From: Candidatus Saccharimonadota bacterium
Lineage (GTDB): Bacteria; Patescibacteriota; Saccharimonadia; Saccharimonadales; Saccharimonadaceae
Direction of reading: 5' to 3'
Length of the DNA stretch: 32,000 bases
Assembly (NCBI GenBank): GCA_049296095.1
Contig: JBAQRV010000001.1
Coordinates: forward strand, 180,001-212,000
Under the pieces are notes generated by a model that worked only from the letters and a program-made list of their open reading frames with translations, was not told where the DNA came from and searched no databases. The translations under genes were made by a program, and so were the position numbers. Shown here piece after piece: positions 7,942 to 16,989 of the stretch; the first letter of the stretch is position 1; every line of letters starts with the position of its first letter.

Positions 7942-9163
7942 TCAGGCCTCCCGTGCGGTGTGTCTCATGTAAACGCCAACGAAGGTCACGAATCACGTTG
8001 AGGTAATACAGAAAAGCATCATACGGGGACTCATACGGGCTAAAGTAGGCATGGACGTCACCATCGGTAAACCACTTGGTGCACATATAATAGGCGTGGT
8101 CGGAGGTCTGGAGGCGACGCCAATCGGCGATCAAGTCCATATCATTAGTACGAAGGATGTCCTTCTCGAGCGCGTATAAATATGTGAGTGCCTCTTGTTG
8201 CATGCTATTGCCTGTCCAGGCAGTCAGGTCACGCTCGGAATCGGCCCAGGTCACTGTACTTGGCATGCTCAGCGTCCCCTTTGGTGGGTTTGCCTCGATT
8301 GCTTCTGAAACCGTGTAGAAGGTATTGCCAGGAGTTTTGAGCCATCGTTGAACAAACTCCTCAAAGAAGTCAAAGATACCAGTATCAGCCCATTGATGCT
8401 CACCGAAGGTCTCGTAGTCCATAAATAAGTTAACGAGCGGTTGGTCTTTGATCGATTCACTGGCCCATTCGGTATATTTGTCGGCGGTGAGGGGCCATTC
8501 TTGCCACTCTTTATTGCTAAATCGGAACGCTAGGTCATCACTTAAACGGTAATTTTTTAATAGCAAAGCAATATTTTCAGTTCCTTCGGGCTGATAGACG
8601 AAGTTTGGGCTACGCCAATCAAGGATTGGATCCCAGCCCTCAGCTAGGATACCTTTAAAGCCATAGCCGTCGGCCCATTTCGCCAACTGATCGTTATAAG
8701 CGAGCTCAGTATTACGAAATACCGACGTTTCAACACCAAACACTTCACGAATTTTATCGCGGTGCATCTCGACTTGTCGTTCAAACTCCATTTGACTATA
8801 GAAGAAAGCAAGCGAGTGATAGTAGGTTTCGGATACAATCTCAACTCGGCCAGTCTTCACAAGTTCCTGGAAACTTTCTAAGACGTCTGGCGCCCACTGT
8901 TCAGCCTGTTCGATGAATGTACCGGTGATACTTAAAGACACTCTAAATTCTTCATGAGTTTCTAATAGTTTCAGAAGGAGGGCATTCATTGGTCGGTACG
9001 ATTTCTCAGCTACCTTATGAAAAATCTTCTCGTTGTTGCGGTCACTCAGTGTGTCTGGTTCGACAAAGTAATTATGGTCTATTGAGGTGTCAAAAACAGA
9101 ATACTCTCGCACACGAAGGGGCTGGTGGACGTGCAGGTAGAGGGTGATGCCGCGTTTGGTCAT
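7934..9163 (-). CDS. glycoside hydrolase family 57 (alpha-amylase/branching-enzyme-like)
   Basis: N-terminal LHVHQPLR and the catalytic-region motif DYETFGEH are typical of GH57. I prefer the start at MTKRG (9163), which forms an ATGA overlap with the upstream glycosyltransferase stop. Confidence 0.8.
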   Translation of the reverse strand: MTKRGITLYLHVHQPLRVREYSVFDTSIDHNYFVEPDTLSDRNNEKIFHKVAEKSYRPMNALLLKLLETHEEFRVSLSITGTFIEQAEQWAPDVLESFQELVKTGRVEIVSETYYHSLAFFYSQMEFERQVEMHRDKIREVFGVETSVFRNTELAYNDQLAKWADGYGFKGILAEGWDPILDWRSPNFVYQPEGTENIALLLKNYRLSDDLAFRFSNKEWQEWPLTADKYTEWASESIKDQPLVNLFMDYETFGEHQWADTGIFDFFEEFVQRWLKTPGNTFYTVSEAIEANPPKGTLSMPSTVTWADSERDLTAWTGNSMQQEALTYLYALEKDILRTNDMDLIADWRRLQTSDHAYYMCTKWFTDGDVHAYFSPYESPYDAFLYYLNVIRDLRWRLHETHRTGGLSG

Positions 9164-10374
9164 GCCAATACCTTTGTTCGTGAATGAGTGTAGACCGCGG
9201 TACATTGTCTGGCGATGTCATTCCAGGAAACCTGGGCGTATTCTTTGGCAACGTTTGATTTCAGGCTCGTCTGCAAAGCTTCAGATGTGGCGATACCCAC
9301 AATCTGGTCGGCAAGTCGATCGATATCCCAGAAATCATATTTGAAGGTATTGTTTAGTACCTCAGACACACCTGACTGCCTCGTCAAAATAAGGGCGTTA
9401 TCATGGTGAGCAGCCTCAAGTGCCGTTAATCCGAACGGCTCGCTAACGGAGCTGAGTACAAAGATATCAGAGACGCTAAACGCATCACGCCACTGCTTGC
9501 CGCGAACGAAGCCAGTAAAGAAGACTCTGTCTGAAATGCCTAGTTGAGAGGCAAGTTCAATCAGCTCGTCCCGTTGTTCACCGTCACCAGCCATCAAAAG
9601 AGCGATTCGATCGTATTTGCTTACCGCTTTGGCTGTGGCACGAACCAAGTGTTCGAGGCCTTTTTGAATCGTGAAGCGAGTCACTGCACTGATGACGGTA
9701 TAGCCCTCATTCTTGAGCCCCTCGAGATAACGGAAGGTGCGTCGGTCGTATTCGTAACCATCGTCGAAACTTTCGACGTCAATAGCATTGTGCATAACCT
9801 CAATCTTGTCAGCTGGAATGCCGTACTTGTCGATAATAATATTCTTGGTAATCTGACTGACGGCAATAATACGGTCGGCAACGATCAAGCCCTGGTACTC
9901 AATCTCATGGACAATAGGGTTACCTTGGCCACCACCCGCTCGATCGTATTCAGTAGCGTGGACATGGACAATCAGAGGCGCATCTGTCAGCTGCTTGGCA
10001 CGGATGCCAGCCTCCATCGTCAGCCAGTCATGGGCATGAATGGCATCATAGTCTTTTTTACCTACTAACTCCTCGACGTAGCGAGTGTACCGACGTTGTA
10101 CGCCGCGGATATCCTTCACGTCACCTCGTTCGGGGTTGTCCTCGATAACAAACTTGCTGTCGTAGGCCTCGAGGCCATATCGCTCTAGTGGAGAGAGCTC
10201 GGTAGCATTATGAATATCCATGAAATCAATGTTTTCATGTTTAGCAGAGTAGGGGACAACAAAGTCGATACTGGTGCCTTGGAGGGCAAGTGCTCTGGCG
10301 AGATGATAGCAAGCTACACCTAGACCACCACTGTTATGTGGTGGCAATTCCCAGCCCAACATTAATATTTTCAT
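9160..10374 (-). CDS. GT-B glycosyltransferase, glycogen/alpha-glucan synthase-like (GT4/GT5)
   Basis: MKILMLGWELPPHNSGGLGVACYHLARALA N-terminus and a C-terminal E-x7-E-type region (SEPFGLTALEAA). First gene of the operon. Confidence 0.8.
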   Translation of the reverse strand: MKILMLGWELPPHNSGGLGVACYHLARALALQGTSIDFVVPYSAKHENIDFMDIHNATELSPLERYGLEAYDSKFVIEDNPERGDVKDIRGVQRRYTRYVEELVGKKDYDAIHAHDWLTMEAGIRAKQLTDAPLIVHVHATEYDRAGGGQGNPIVHEIEYQGLIVADRIIAVSQITKNIIIDKYGIPADKIEVMHNAIDVESFDDGYEYDRRTFRYLEGLKNEGYTVISAVTRFTIQKGLEHLVRATAKAVSKYDRIALLMAGDGEQRDELIELASQLGISDRVFFTGFVRGKQWRDAFSVSDIFVLSSVSEPFGLTALEAAHHDNALILTRQSGVSEVLNNTFKYDFWDIDRLADQIVGIATSEALQTSLKSNVAKEYAQVSWNDIARQCTAVYTHSRTKVLA

Positions 10375-10498
10375 ACCCCTATTTCGATGAGTTTTTACCC
10401 CATCGTCGGCTCCGTTTATTTTGGCCTAATTTTCAGTTCCAATTATAGATGTAAGCTTATGCTTTTACAACCTTAGAAACAGCCGAAATACAGAGTGA

Positions 10499-11656
10499 TT
10501 AGTCTTCGACCTGAGCTATGTCATGAGCGCGCCAAATTGCAACTGCTGTTGCAAACGGCACGAGCTGTGTGTAACCGTATAATTCCATGAGGCGACGGAC
10601 GATATAGCCAGTTTTTCCTGAAACATACAAACCCAGCCATTCCACATATCCCCAGCCTTGACCGACTGGCATGCCCGACATGACCGAGTGCGGATGATAG
10701 TGTGCGAGGGGTCGTTTACTTCTGATACGCGTCAGGTGCTTGGCCACAAAGGTAGCCTGTTGCATCGCCGGCCAGGCCATGCCACTGTATTTTACGGTGT
10801 TGTTATCGCCAATGACGTAAATATTCGGCAAAGCCTCTAGGTACGGGTTGACGTTGACGCGGCCGTTTGGCGCGAGATGAAAGAGGTGATCGTGCTTTGC
10901 AAAGAATGGATTGTTCGCGACGCCTGATGTCCAGACGGCGGTTGAGGTCTCGGTTTCTTTTCCTTCAATAGTGATATGATCGTCATTCAGCGACTCAACC
11001 TTATGATTCACCAACACTCTAATTCCTACTTTTTTGAGTCTTTGTGAAACGATTTTAGCCGCCGTCTTTGATGAACGAGGAACGATACGAGGAGCCGCCT
11101 CAACCAAGGTGACTTTTGCTCGTGAATGCTTGAGACGATTGATTGAGATGAGGTGCTGTAAGTATTCGTTTAGAGCGCCCGCCAGTTCGACGCCGGTTGG
11201 CCCCGCACCAATCACGAAGAACTCCTTATCTAACTTACGTTCGACAACTTCCTTATGAATATGGTCTTGAAACTGACGAATTTCATCGAGTGATTTTATG
11301 CCGAACGCATACTGCTTCATCCCTTTGATACCAAAGTAGGTCGTAACTGAGCCTATAGCAATCACCAGTGCATCGTAGTGATATTGTTTGGTTTTGCCAA
11401 TCACTAGGCGGCGATCTGGATCGATTGATTTCATCTTGTCATTAATCACCGTCACCGCTGGATGAGCCTGGAAGATGGCTTTTAGCGGGATGACTGATTC
11501 AGCCATATTCTTGCCCGTTGCCGTTGCATAGAGCGTCGCGTGATGAAGGAAATACGTCTCGTCAGAGATGAGGGTTATCTTGCCGATATGTCTCTTACTG
11601 AGCTCGACTGCCGCTTTGACACCAGCAAATCCACCACCAACCACCACTACATGCAT
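10499..11656 (-). CDS. ndh: type II NADH dehydrogenase (NDH-2) / FAD-dependent pyridine nucleotide-disulfide oxidoreductase
   Basis: Two dinucleotide-binding motifs (VVVVGGGFAGVKAA and FVIGAGPTGVELAG), ~385 aa. Confidence 0.85.
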   Translation of the reverse strand: MHVVVVGGGFAGVKAAVELSKRHIGKITLISDETYFLHHATLYATATGKNMAESVIPLKAIFQAHPAVTVINDKMKSIDPDRRLVIGKTKQYHYDALVIAIGSVTTYFGIKGMKQYAFGIKSLDEIRQFQDHIHKEVVERKLDKEFFVIGAGPTGVELAGALNEYLQHLISINRLKHSRAKVTLVEAAPRIVPRSSKTAAKIVSQRLKKVGIRVLVNHKVESLNDDHITIEGKETETSTAVWTSGVANNPFFAKHDHLFHLAPNGRVNVNPYLEALPNIYVIGDNNTVKYSGMAWPAMQQATFVAKHLTRIRSKRPLAHYHPHSVMSGMPVGQGWGYVEWLGLYVSGKTGYIVRRLMELYGYTQLVPFATAVAIWRAHDIAQVED

Positions 11657-11720
11657 GTTTGTTCCTTTGTTAGGCTAATTATGCTTATGGTAGCAGATTT
11701 AGCAGGGCCGCGCAAAGGCT

Positions 11721-11748
11721 TTGAGCAAAATCTGACATCTGTTACAAT
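11721..11748 (+). promoter_or_regulatory. sigma70-like promoter for tRNA-Trp
   Basis: TTGAGC (11721-11726), 16-nt spacer, extended -10 TGtTACAAT (11740-11748). The tRNA starts 11 nt downstream. Confidence 0.5.
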
Positions 11749-11758
11749 GTGTGGTTAT

Positions 11759-11833
11759 AGGGGCATAGTACAACGGTTAGTACGTGGGTCTCCAAAACCT
11801 GAGATCGTGGTTCGATTCCACGTGCCCCTGCCA
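11759..11833 (+). tRNA. tRNA-Trp (anticodon CCA), CCA encoded, intact
   Basis: AGGGGCA TA GTAC AACGGTTA GTAC G TGGGT CTCCAAA ACCTG AGAT CGTGG TTCGATT CCACG TGCCCCT G CCA. The anticodon stem contains two G.U wobble pairs. Confidence 0.92.
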
Positions 11834-11835
11834 AG

Positions 11836-11863
11836 AAAAATCACCGAATTGTCGGTGATTTTT
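11836..11863 (+). terminator. intrinsic terminator after tRNA-Trp
   Basis: ATCACCGA-attg-TCGGTGAT followed by TTTT. Confidence 0.75.
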
Positions 11864-12233
11864 CGTTTGGTTCGAACCCCTATTTAAAGCGGAGATTAAG
11901 TGTTACAGAAAAAGCAGTTTCTCAATACCTTAACAGAGGCATTTAACTACTACAGCTTGTGACAACCTCCACTTAAGCCTTAATGATATCTAAACGTTAT
12001 TGAAAACGACTAGTTTACGGCGAATTCAAAGTGCTTATGACGTCATAGGGTTGTTACAATGTATCATTAAGGATGATGATGTATTGAAGGTGTAGTTTAA
12101 CTATAGTGAGAAAGGGCATTTTTAAAGACTCCACCCCTGTTATTCTCTATGTAGCGTCGTAACAACGTATACTTATGGCATCTTCTAGAGGTGTAGCTCG
12201 ACATCTTGAAAGTATAGTGGGATGCTGGGGAAG

Positions 12234-12500
12234 TTAGGAGGGCCTTGCCCTACGTAGAATCGTCATATGGCGCCCCTTAACAAGCTCTAAGGCGTATCGA
12301 TCGTGGCGAATGAGGTATTCTCGATTGATTCGCAGAACTGTCTCTTCGACGCCGTATTTGTCGAACATATCCTGTATCTCCTGCGGGTAATGGTACCCCT
12401 CAACACGATCAAAGGCGTATGGCTCGATATCGATGAATCCGGTGGGATCACGAATCTTGTGCCAGTCTTCCCAGCCCAGCTCCTCTTTCTTGATCTTCAT
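12234..12500 (-). CDS. hypothetical protein (88 aa)
   Basis: ORF only. It follows the upstream minus-strand gene after a 15-nt gap. Confidence 0.4.
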   Translation of the reverse strand: MKIKKEELGWEDWHKIRDPTGFIDIEPYAFDRVEGYHYPQEIQDMFDKYGVEETVLRINREYLIRHDRYALELVKGRHMTILRRARPS

Positions 12501-12515
12501 AGTTTGGATTATAGC

Positions 12516-13013
12516 TTAGTTATCGCGTGTGTACTCACTTATCGTCATGGTCCAGTTGCCGTCCGCCATGATATTAAAAGTATATGGACCCTTGTTAGTA
12601 ATATTCATACCTCGAGTTTTATCGTAAGATCCAATCTCGTTTGCTAATATGTCTAGCTTCGTGCCCATTTTATTGACGAGCTGAACGATGAAGTTACTCG
12701 TACCATCGTGAGTAAACTTTACGTCATAAAGCCCCGATTCGAGCTCTACTGCTTTTGTTTCACTCGAGCCAGTTCCCGATAGGGTTGTTGGCTCTATATC
12801 AGGCTTCGTCGCCTCCACCTTGCTTGATGTATCTATTTCTGGTGCTTTAGTCGTATCTTCGACTATTTTCTCTGGCGATAGAGCAACTTGGCTCTTACCC
12901 GAATTGTAACCTTGCTGATATGACACGCCGCCAATTGCGAGCAATCCGACGATTACACCGACTGCTATAAGTGCATTTTTGTTGTAGGGACTTTCTTGAA
13001 CTTTCTTTACCAT
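12516..13013 (-). CDS. membrane-anchored/secreted hypothetical protein
   Basis: A strong SD (AAGGAGG) lies 6 nt upstream of the ATG at 13013 (MVKKVQ...). One TM/signal-anchor helix (ALIAVGVIVGLLAIGGV), a low-complexity linker, then a beta-rich C-terminal domain. Confidence 0.6.
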   Translation of the reverse strand: MVKKVQESPYNKNALIAVGVIVGLLAIGGVSYQQGYNSGKSQVALSPEKIVEDTTKAPEIDTSSKVEATKPDIEPTTLSGTGSSETKAVELESGLYDVKFTHDGTSNFIVQLVNKMGTKLDILANEIGSYDKTRGMNITNKGPYTFNIMADGNWTMTISEYTRDN

Positions 13014-13225
13014 TGCGAACCTCCTTGGAATAAAAAAGGACAACCTATCTCTAGGCTGTCTAGGTCAGCAACAGATTTGCATCCATTGTTTTCGAGAATA
13101 AGTTGCCCCTTCTCGGATACAAATAAAAAACTGATGCTGAAACCTAGACAAGGGTATTATAGCTTACTGATAAATTCTTAGCAAAAAGCAGTTATTTAAG
13201 TAGTTTTGCTATATAATACAATCAA

Positions 13226-14662
13226 ATGCGAGGAAGTACAGTGAGCGATGATAATTGGTCTACGGAGTCACTTGAGATTGGGTCTCTTTTACTATGGGAT
13301 GAGAATTCACGATTTCCTGACAAATACTTCGAAAAGCCCGAACAGGATTTAATCAACTTCTTTCTCTCAAGAAAGAGTTTTAAGCTCCCGTCGTTCACCG
13401 AAGAAATTGTGAACGAGATAGACGTTCCCCAAATTGAAAGAATCGTAGTTCTACGAGATGGCGAACGTAATATAGTTGTCGAGGGCAACCGACGATTGAC
13501 TGCATACAAACTACTCGCCAACCCGGAACTTGCGAAAGGCGATAAGAATTTCGCTCATTTTGAAGCTTTATCTAAAAGGGCTAACATCGATAGTACTTTT
13601 GCCGTTGAAGCCGCAGTCACAACTATTAAAGCGCAAGCCGATCGAGTTGTTGAACGTAAACACATGAAATCTAATAATGAAATTGGGTGGGGTGATTCGG
13701 AGCGTGCACATCATAGCGCACGAAAAGGCCAAGCAAACCGACAAACACAAACCAAAGTAGCAATCGCAAGAGAACTTAAAAAAACGGGACTAAGTGAATC
13801 CTTAATTGACCAGGTACTTGGTCCGGGCTACGTCACAACATTTCAACGTATTATGTCTGGCAGTGCAGCAGCTGAAATCTTTGAATACGAGATTGCAGAC
13901 GGAGGAGAACTCCAGGTCAGCGATTCATCATTCCTTGATAAGCTTCGCGTTGTGGCATTAAATGTTTTAGAAAAACAATCTTACGATGGACAAGAAATCA
14001 ATTCTCGAACCCTTAATAAGAATGAAGACATTAAAGAATACCTTGATGGTATAGGTGATAAACAGATAAAATCTGCGGCTGAAACAATCGAAAAAGCTAC
14101 CGGCACAAACCTTCTAGGCGAGACGACAATCACACTTGAAGGCAAGGATAAGAAAAAGACACCTCGCACTTCTGCAAGGAAATATCTAATTCCCGGTAGT
14201 TGTATTTTGCAAATTGACGGAGCAAATAAAATTAATAACATCTACTATGAACTCCAAAAAACAATTATTTTAGATGATAGCAAGCAAGCAAGCCCGAATG
14301 CGGCCGCAGTATTATTCCGTGTCTTTCTCGAGACAAGCCTTGATTACTATCTTGAGAAGCAAGGGCAGACCGTAAAACAAGACGATACTATATCATCCAA
14401 AATCCCACTTGTAGTTACTAGTATGCAAAAGTCGAACGACAACCTTCCCGCAAAGTTTTTCACAAATATTAATACCGTTGCAAGTGCAAAACCCGAGGTT
14501 AGCATTCTCTCTATTGTTAACTTTCATCAATACGTTCACTCACACTCAACTCAACCCCTCTCAAACGATCTTAAGACAGCCTGGGATAAGCTTCAGCCTT
14601 TTTTTGAGTACTTATGGGATTCATTGCATAAGCAATATACTGCAAAAAGTGAAAAAAGGTAG
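13226..14662 (+). CDS. ParB/sulfiredoxin-fold N-terminal domain protein with a long uncharacterised C-terminal region
   Basis: LLLWDENSRFP and IVVLRDGERNIVVEGNRRLTAYKLL resemble the ParB N-terminal (ParBc) motifs. The remaining ~350 aa have no motif I can name. Start is either ATG 13226 (8 nt after TATAAT 13212-13217) or GTG 13241 (preceded by GAGGAA). Confidence 0.6.
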   Translation: MRGSTVSDDNWSTESLEIGSLLLWDENSRFPDKYFEKPEQDLINFFLSRKSFKLPSFTEEIVNEIDVPQIERIVVLRDGERNIVVEGNRRLTAYKLLANPELAKGDKNFAHFEALSKRANIDSTFAVEAAVTTIKAQADRVVERKHMKSNNEIGWGDSERAHHSARKGQANRQTQTKVAIARELKKTGLSESLIDQVLGPGYVTTFQRIMSGSAAAEIFEYEIADGGELQVSDSSFLDKLRVVALNVLEKQSYDGQEINSRTLNKNEDIKEYLDGIGDKQIKSAAETIEKATGTNLLGETTITLEGKDKKKTPRTSARKYLIPGSCILQIDGANKINNIYYELQKTIILDDSKQASPNAAAVLFRVFLETSLDYYLEKQGQTVKQDDTISSKIPLVVTSMQKSNDNLPAKFFTNINTVASAKPEVSILSIVNFHQYVHSHSTQPLSNDLKTAWDKLQPFFEYLWDSLHKQYTAKSEKR

Positions 14663-14679
14663 TATTCTTGTCTTAAGGT

Positions 14680-15546
14680 ATGATAAAACCAAAAGCACAA
14701 AGAAAACACCTTTATACACCACTTAGATACCCCGGCGGTAAAACTTCATTATTTGAATTTTTTGCAAACGTCTTCATTGCGCATAAATGGAAACACCTTA
14801 CCTACGTAGAGCCGTACGCTGGAGGGGCAGGAGCTGCTCTTTCACTATTGATATTAGGGCATGTAGATAAAATCATTATTAATGACTTTGATAAAGCCGT
14901 ATTTTCTTTCTGGGATTCAATAATCCACAGAACCGACGAGTTCGTTGACCTTATCCGAGAAACCCCAATAACGATCGACGAGTGGTCGAAGCAGAAGTTA
15001 ATTCATAAAGCAGGAGATCACACAGATCCATTAGCTTTGGGTTTTGCAACGTTTTACTTAAACCGAACCAACCGCTCAGGAATACTAAATGGAGGCCCGA
15101 TAGGTGGTCATTCTCAAGGTGGAGAGTGGAAACTTGACGCACGTTATAAAAAAGAAAAACTTATTGAGAAAATAGAGCTGATTGCATCTTATAGAGATAA
15201 GATAACTATTCTAAATGATGATGGTATCGATGTTATTAAAAAATATGCTCATAAAAAAGAAGTGTTCATGTACGTTGATCCTCCATACTTTGTTAAGGGG
15301 GCAAATCTTTACTTAAATGCATTCAAGATTGCTGACCATGAAAAATTAGCACAAACTCTCAAAGATGCGCGTAACACAAAGTGGCTCTTAAGTTATGACA
15401 AAGAGCAAGAAATTTTGGATTTATACAAAGACATGAAATACGAAGTCTTTTCGTTAAAATATTCAGTTCACCATAATACACGATTGGGATCGGAGGTGAT
15501 GATCTTTTCAGACTCAATCGAAAAAGAGCTCATCGACATTCTATAG
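14680..15546 (+). CDS. D12-class N6-adenine DNA methyltransferase (Dam-like)
   Basis: N-terminal LRYPGGK (AdoMet motif), FYLNRTNRSG, and catalytic VDPPYF (DPPY). Lies 17 nt downstream of the ParB-like gene. Confidence 0.85.
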   Translation: MIKPKAQRKHLYTPLRYPGGKTSLFEFFANVFIAHKWKHLTYVEPYAGGAGAALSLLILGHVDKIIINDFDKAVFSFWDSIIHRTDEFVDLIRETPITIDEWSKQKLIHKAGDHTDPLALGFATFYLNRTNRSGILNGGPIGGHSQGGEWKLDARYKKEKLIEKIELIASYRDKITILNDDGIDVIKKYAHKKEVFMYVDPPYFVKGANLYLNAFKIADHEKLAQTLKDARNTKWLLSYDKEQEILDLYKDMKYEVFSLKYSVHHNTRLGSEVMIFSDSIEKELIDIL

Positions 15547-16257
15547 GTTAGGTATTTCGACGGAGTCGCTACTAACAGTCACATTCTTAACCTTCATTTC
15601 CTTAGTAGCATTTATGAGGGTATCGACGTGATATGCAATTCCAAATTCAATTATTCTACTTATCGTTTCTTTTAACTGCAGTTTCTCGTCTTCATACTCT
15701 ATAACCTCAGAAGCGACGACCCTTGCGCTTTTACTACCAATCGCCATACCCACAACTTTAACACCATTATGATAGGTCAGTATTGGTGAGCCAGATAGAC
15801 CTTCAATGATAGCAAACGGTAACGTTAATGCCGCGTGTTCGCTATGGATTGCATTACGGAAATTTACAATCTTACCACCAAAATAGCCATCTTGCGTGGT
15901 GACATTATTCTCGTGCTCATTAAAGAAACCCATCGAGTACACATCCTCTCCCACTTTTAGGTCGTAAGGACTTAAAAAAGGAATGTACTCCTTTCGTTTA
16001 TCATTAAAAGCATTCGGGAGGATAGCTATATCTAGATTCGGGTCTTTAGGGTAATTAACTTCTCCCACAGGGAAAAGCTTCTTACTCTCCTCGTCAAACA
16101 CAGCAAGATACTCGTCTTTTTCGAATGAAACGTCTACTACATGTCGGCATGTCATTAAGGTGCCCCCTGGTGCGATAGGAAACGCCGTGCCTAGATAATA
16201 AGATGGCTTTTGTCCAGCCGCCTTATAGAGTCTATAGAAAAATTTACTTTTTATCAT
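15541..16257 (-). CDS. cytoplasmic trypsin/chymotrypsin-fold serine protease
   Basis: Candidate catalytic triad contexts TCRHVV (His), LDIAIL (Asp) and GLSGSPIL (Ser, GDSGGP-like). No signal peptide. The ATG lies 2 nt after the stop of the upstream nuclease gene. The 3' end overlaps the methylase 3' end by 6 nt in convergent orientation. Confidence 0.7.
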   Translation of the reverse strand: MIKSKFFYRLYKAAGQKPSYYLGTAFPIAPGGTLMTCRHVVDVSFEKDEYLAVFDEESKKLFPVGEVNYPKDPNLDIAILPNAFNDKRKEYIPFLSPYDLKVGEDVYSMGFFNEHENNVTTQDGYFGGKIVNFRNAIHSEHAALTLPFAIIEGLSGSPILTYHNGVKVVGMAIGSKSARVVASEVIEYEDEKLQLKETISRIIEFGIAYHVDTLINATKEMKVKNVTVSSDSVEIPNL

Positions 16258-16259
16258 CG

Positions 16260-16937
16260 TTAAATTGACCTTACTTTGTATACTTTTTTGTTTAATAAGT
16301 GCGGTTCAAAGCGAAAAGCGTTATGAAGAGCTAAATCTCTTCCGCATGGTAAATCAATAAAAAATCCTTTTTTGTATTTATATTCATTAGCCTCAACTAA
16401 AGTGAGTAGTTTCACAAGATCATATAACCTTGATTCTTTTAGATGATTGGTACTTTTCTTTGCTTCAATAACAATATAATTATCAGTTGTTCCTCGCTTA
16501 TGTACGATAATGTCGGGGTATATTGTTTTCAAAAGTTCGCCACCATCTCGTAACCTTAAAACAAACGACACAAGATCAAATTCTTCATCATAAACTAAAT
16601 TTTCTGGATCAAGCAGCTGATTGCGAAGATAATCTACGTCATCAAGCGTAATATCTTCGTGTGCAAGAATATCAAGATTCAGACTCTTCTTGTTAAAACT
16701 TTTAGACAGATCGAGCAAACTGGCCATTCTGTGTAAAAAATCAAAGGGACTAATCGTAATGCTTTTTGGACCCGACAAGTTACGATTGAACTCACAGTCG
16801 ACATGCCACTCTGGGTACATTCTTTGAAGGTGCTCAGCGAGTTTGTGTGTAATTGAACGCTCACTCACATCTTCCCGCAGTAAGTAAGCATCGTGTTTCA
16901 CGAGCTTTTTGAGCGAGGAGTTCAAGCTTTTCTTCAT
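16260..16937 (-). CDS. PD-(D/E)xK superfamily nuclease (restriction-endonuclease-like)
   Basis: SERSITHKLAEHLQRMYPEWHVDCEFNR followed by IYPDIIVHKRGTTDNYIVIEAKK (PD...ExK core). I prefer the start at M22 (16937), which has a TATAAT box 10 nt upstream on the minus strand. Confidence 0.7.
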   Translation of the reverse strand: MKKSLNSSLKKLVKHDAYLLREDVSERSITHKLAEHLQRMYPEWHVDCEFNRNLSGPKSITISPFDFLHRMASLLDLSKSFNKKSLNLDILAHEDITLDDVDYLRNQLLDPENLVYDEEFDLVSFVLRLRDGGELLKTIYPDIIVHKRGTTDNYIVIEAKKSTNHLKESRLYDLVKLLTLVEANEYKYKKGFFIDLPCGRDLALHNAFRFEPHLLNKKVYKVRSI

Positions 16938-16989
16938 GTTAAGGTTTATTATATAGACTTTGGAGAATATTAGAGTATTGTTGTCCTTG

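Noticed and set aside
12084-12098. Mini-ORF ATGATGATGTATTGA (MMMY) after an AAGGA, which might be a leader peptide
   Set aside because: It is too short to evaluate, no downstream co-directional gene exists for it to regulate, and it could easily arise by chance in AT-rich sequence.
11911-13195. 11-nt exact repeat AAAAAGCAGTT at ~11911 and ~13185
   Set aside because: A match of this length is expected many times by chance in a 32-kb AT-rich window, and there is no supporting context.
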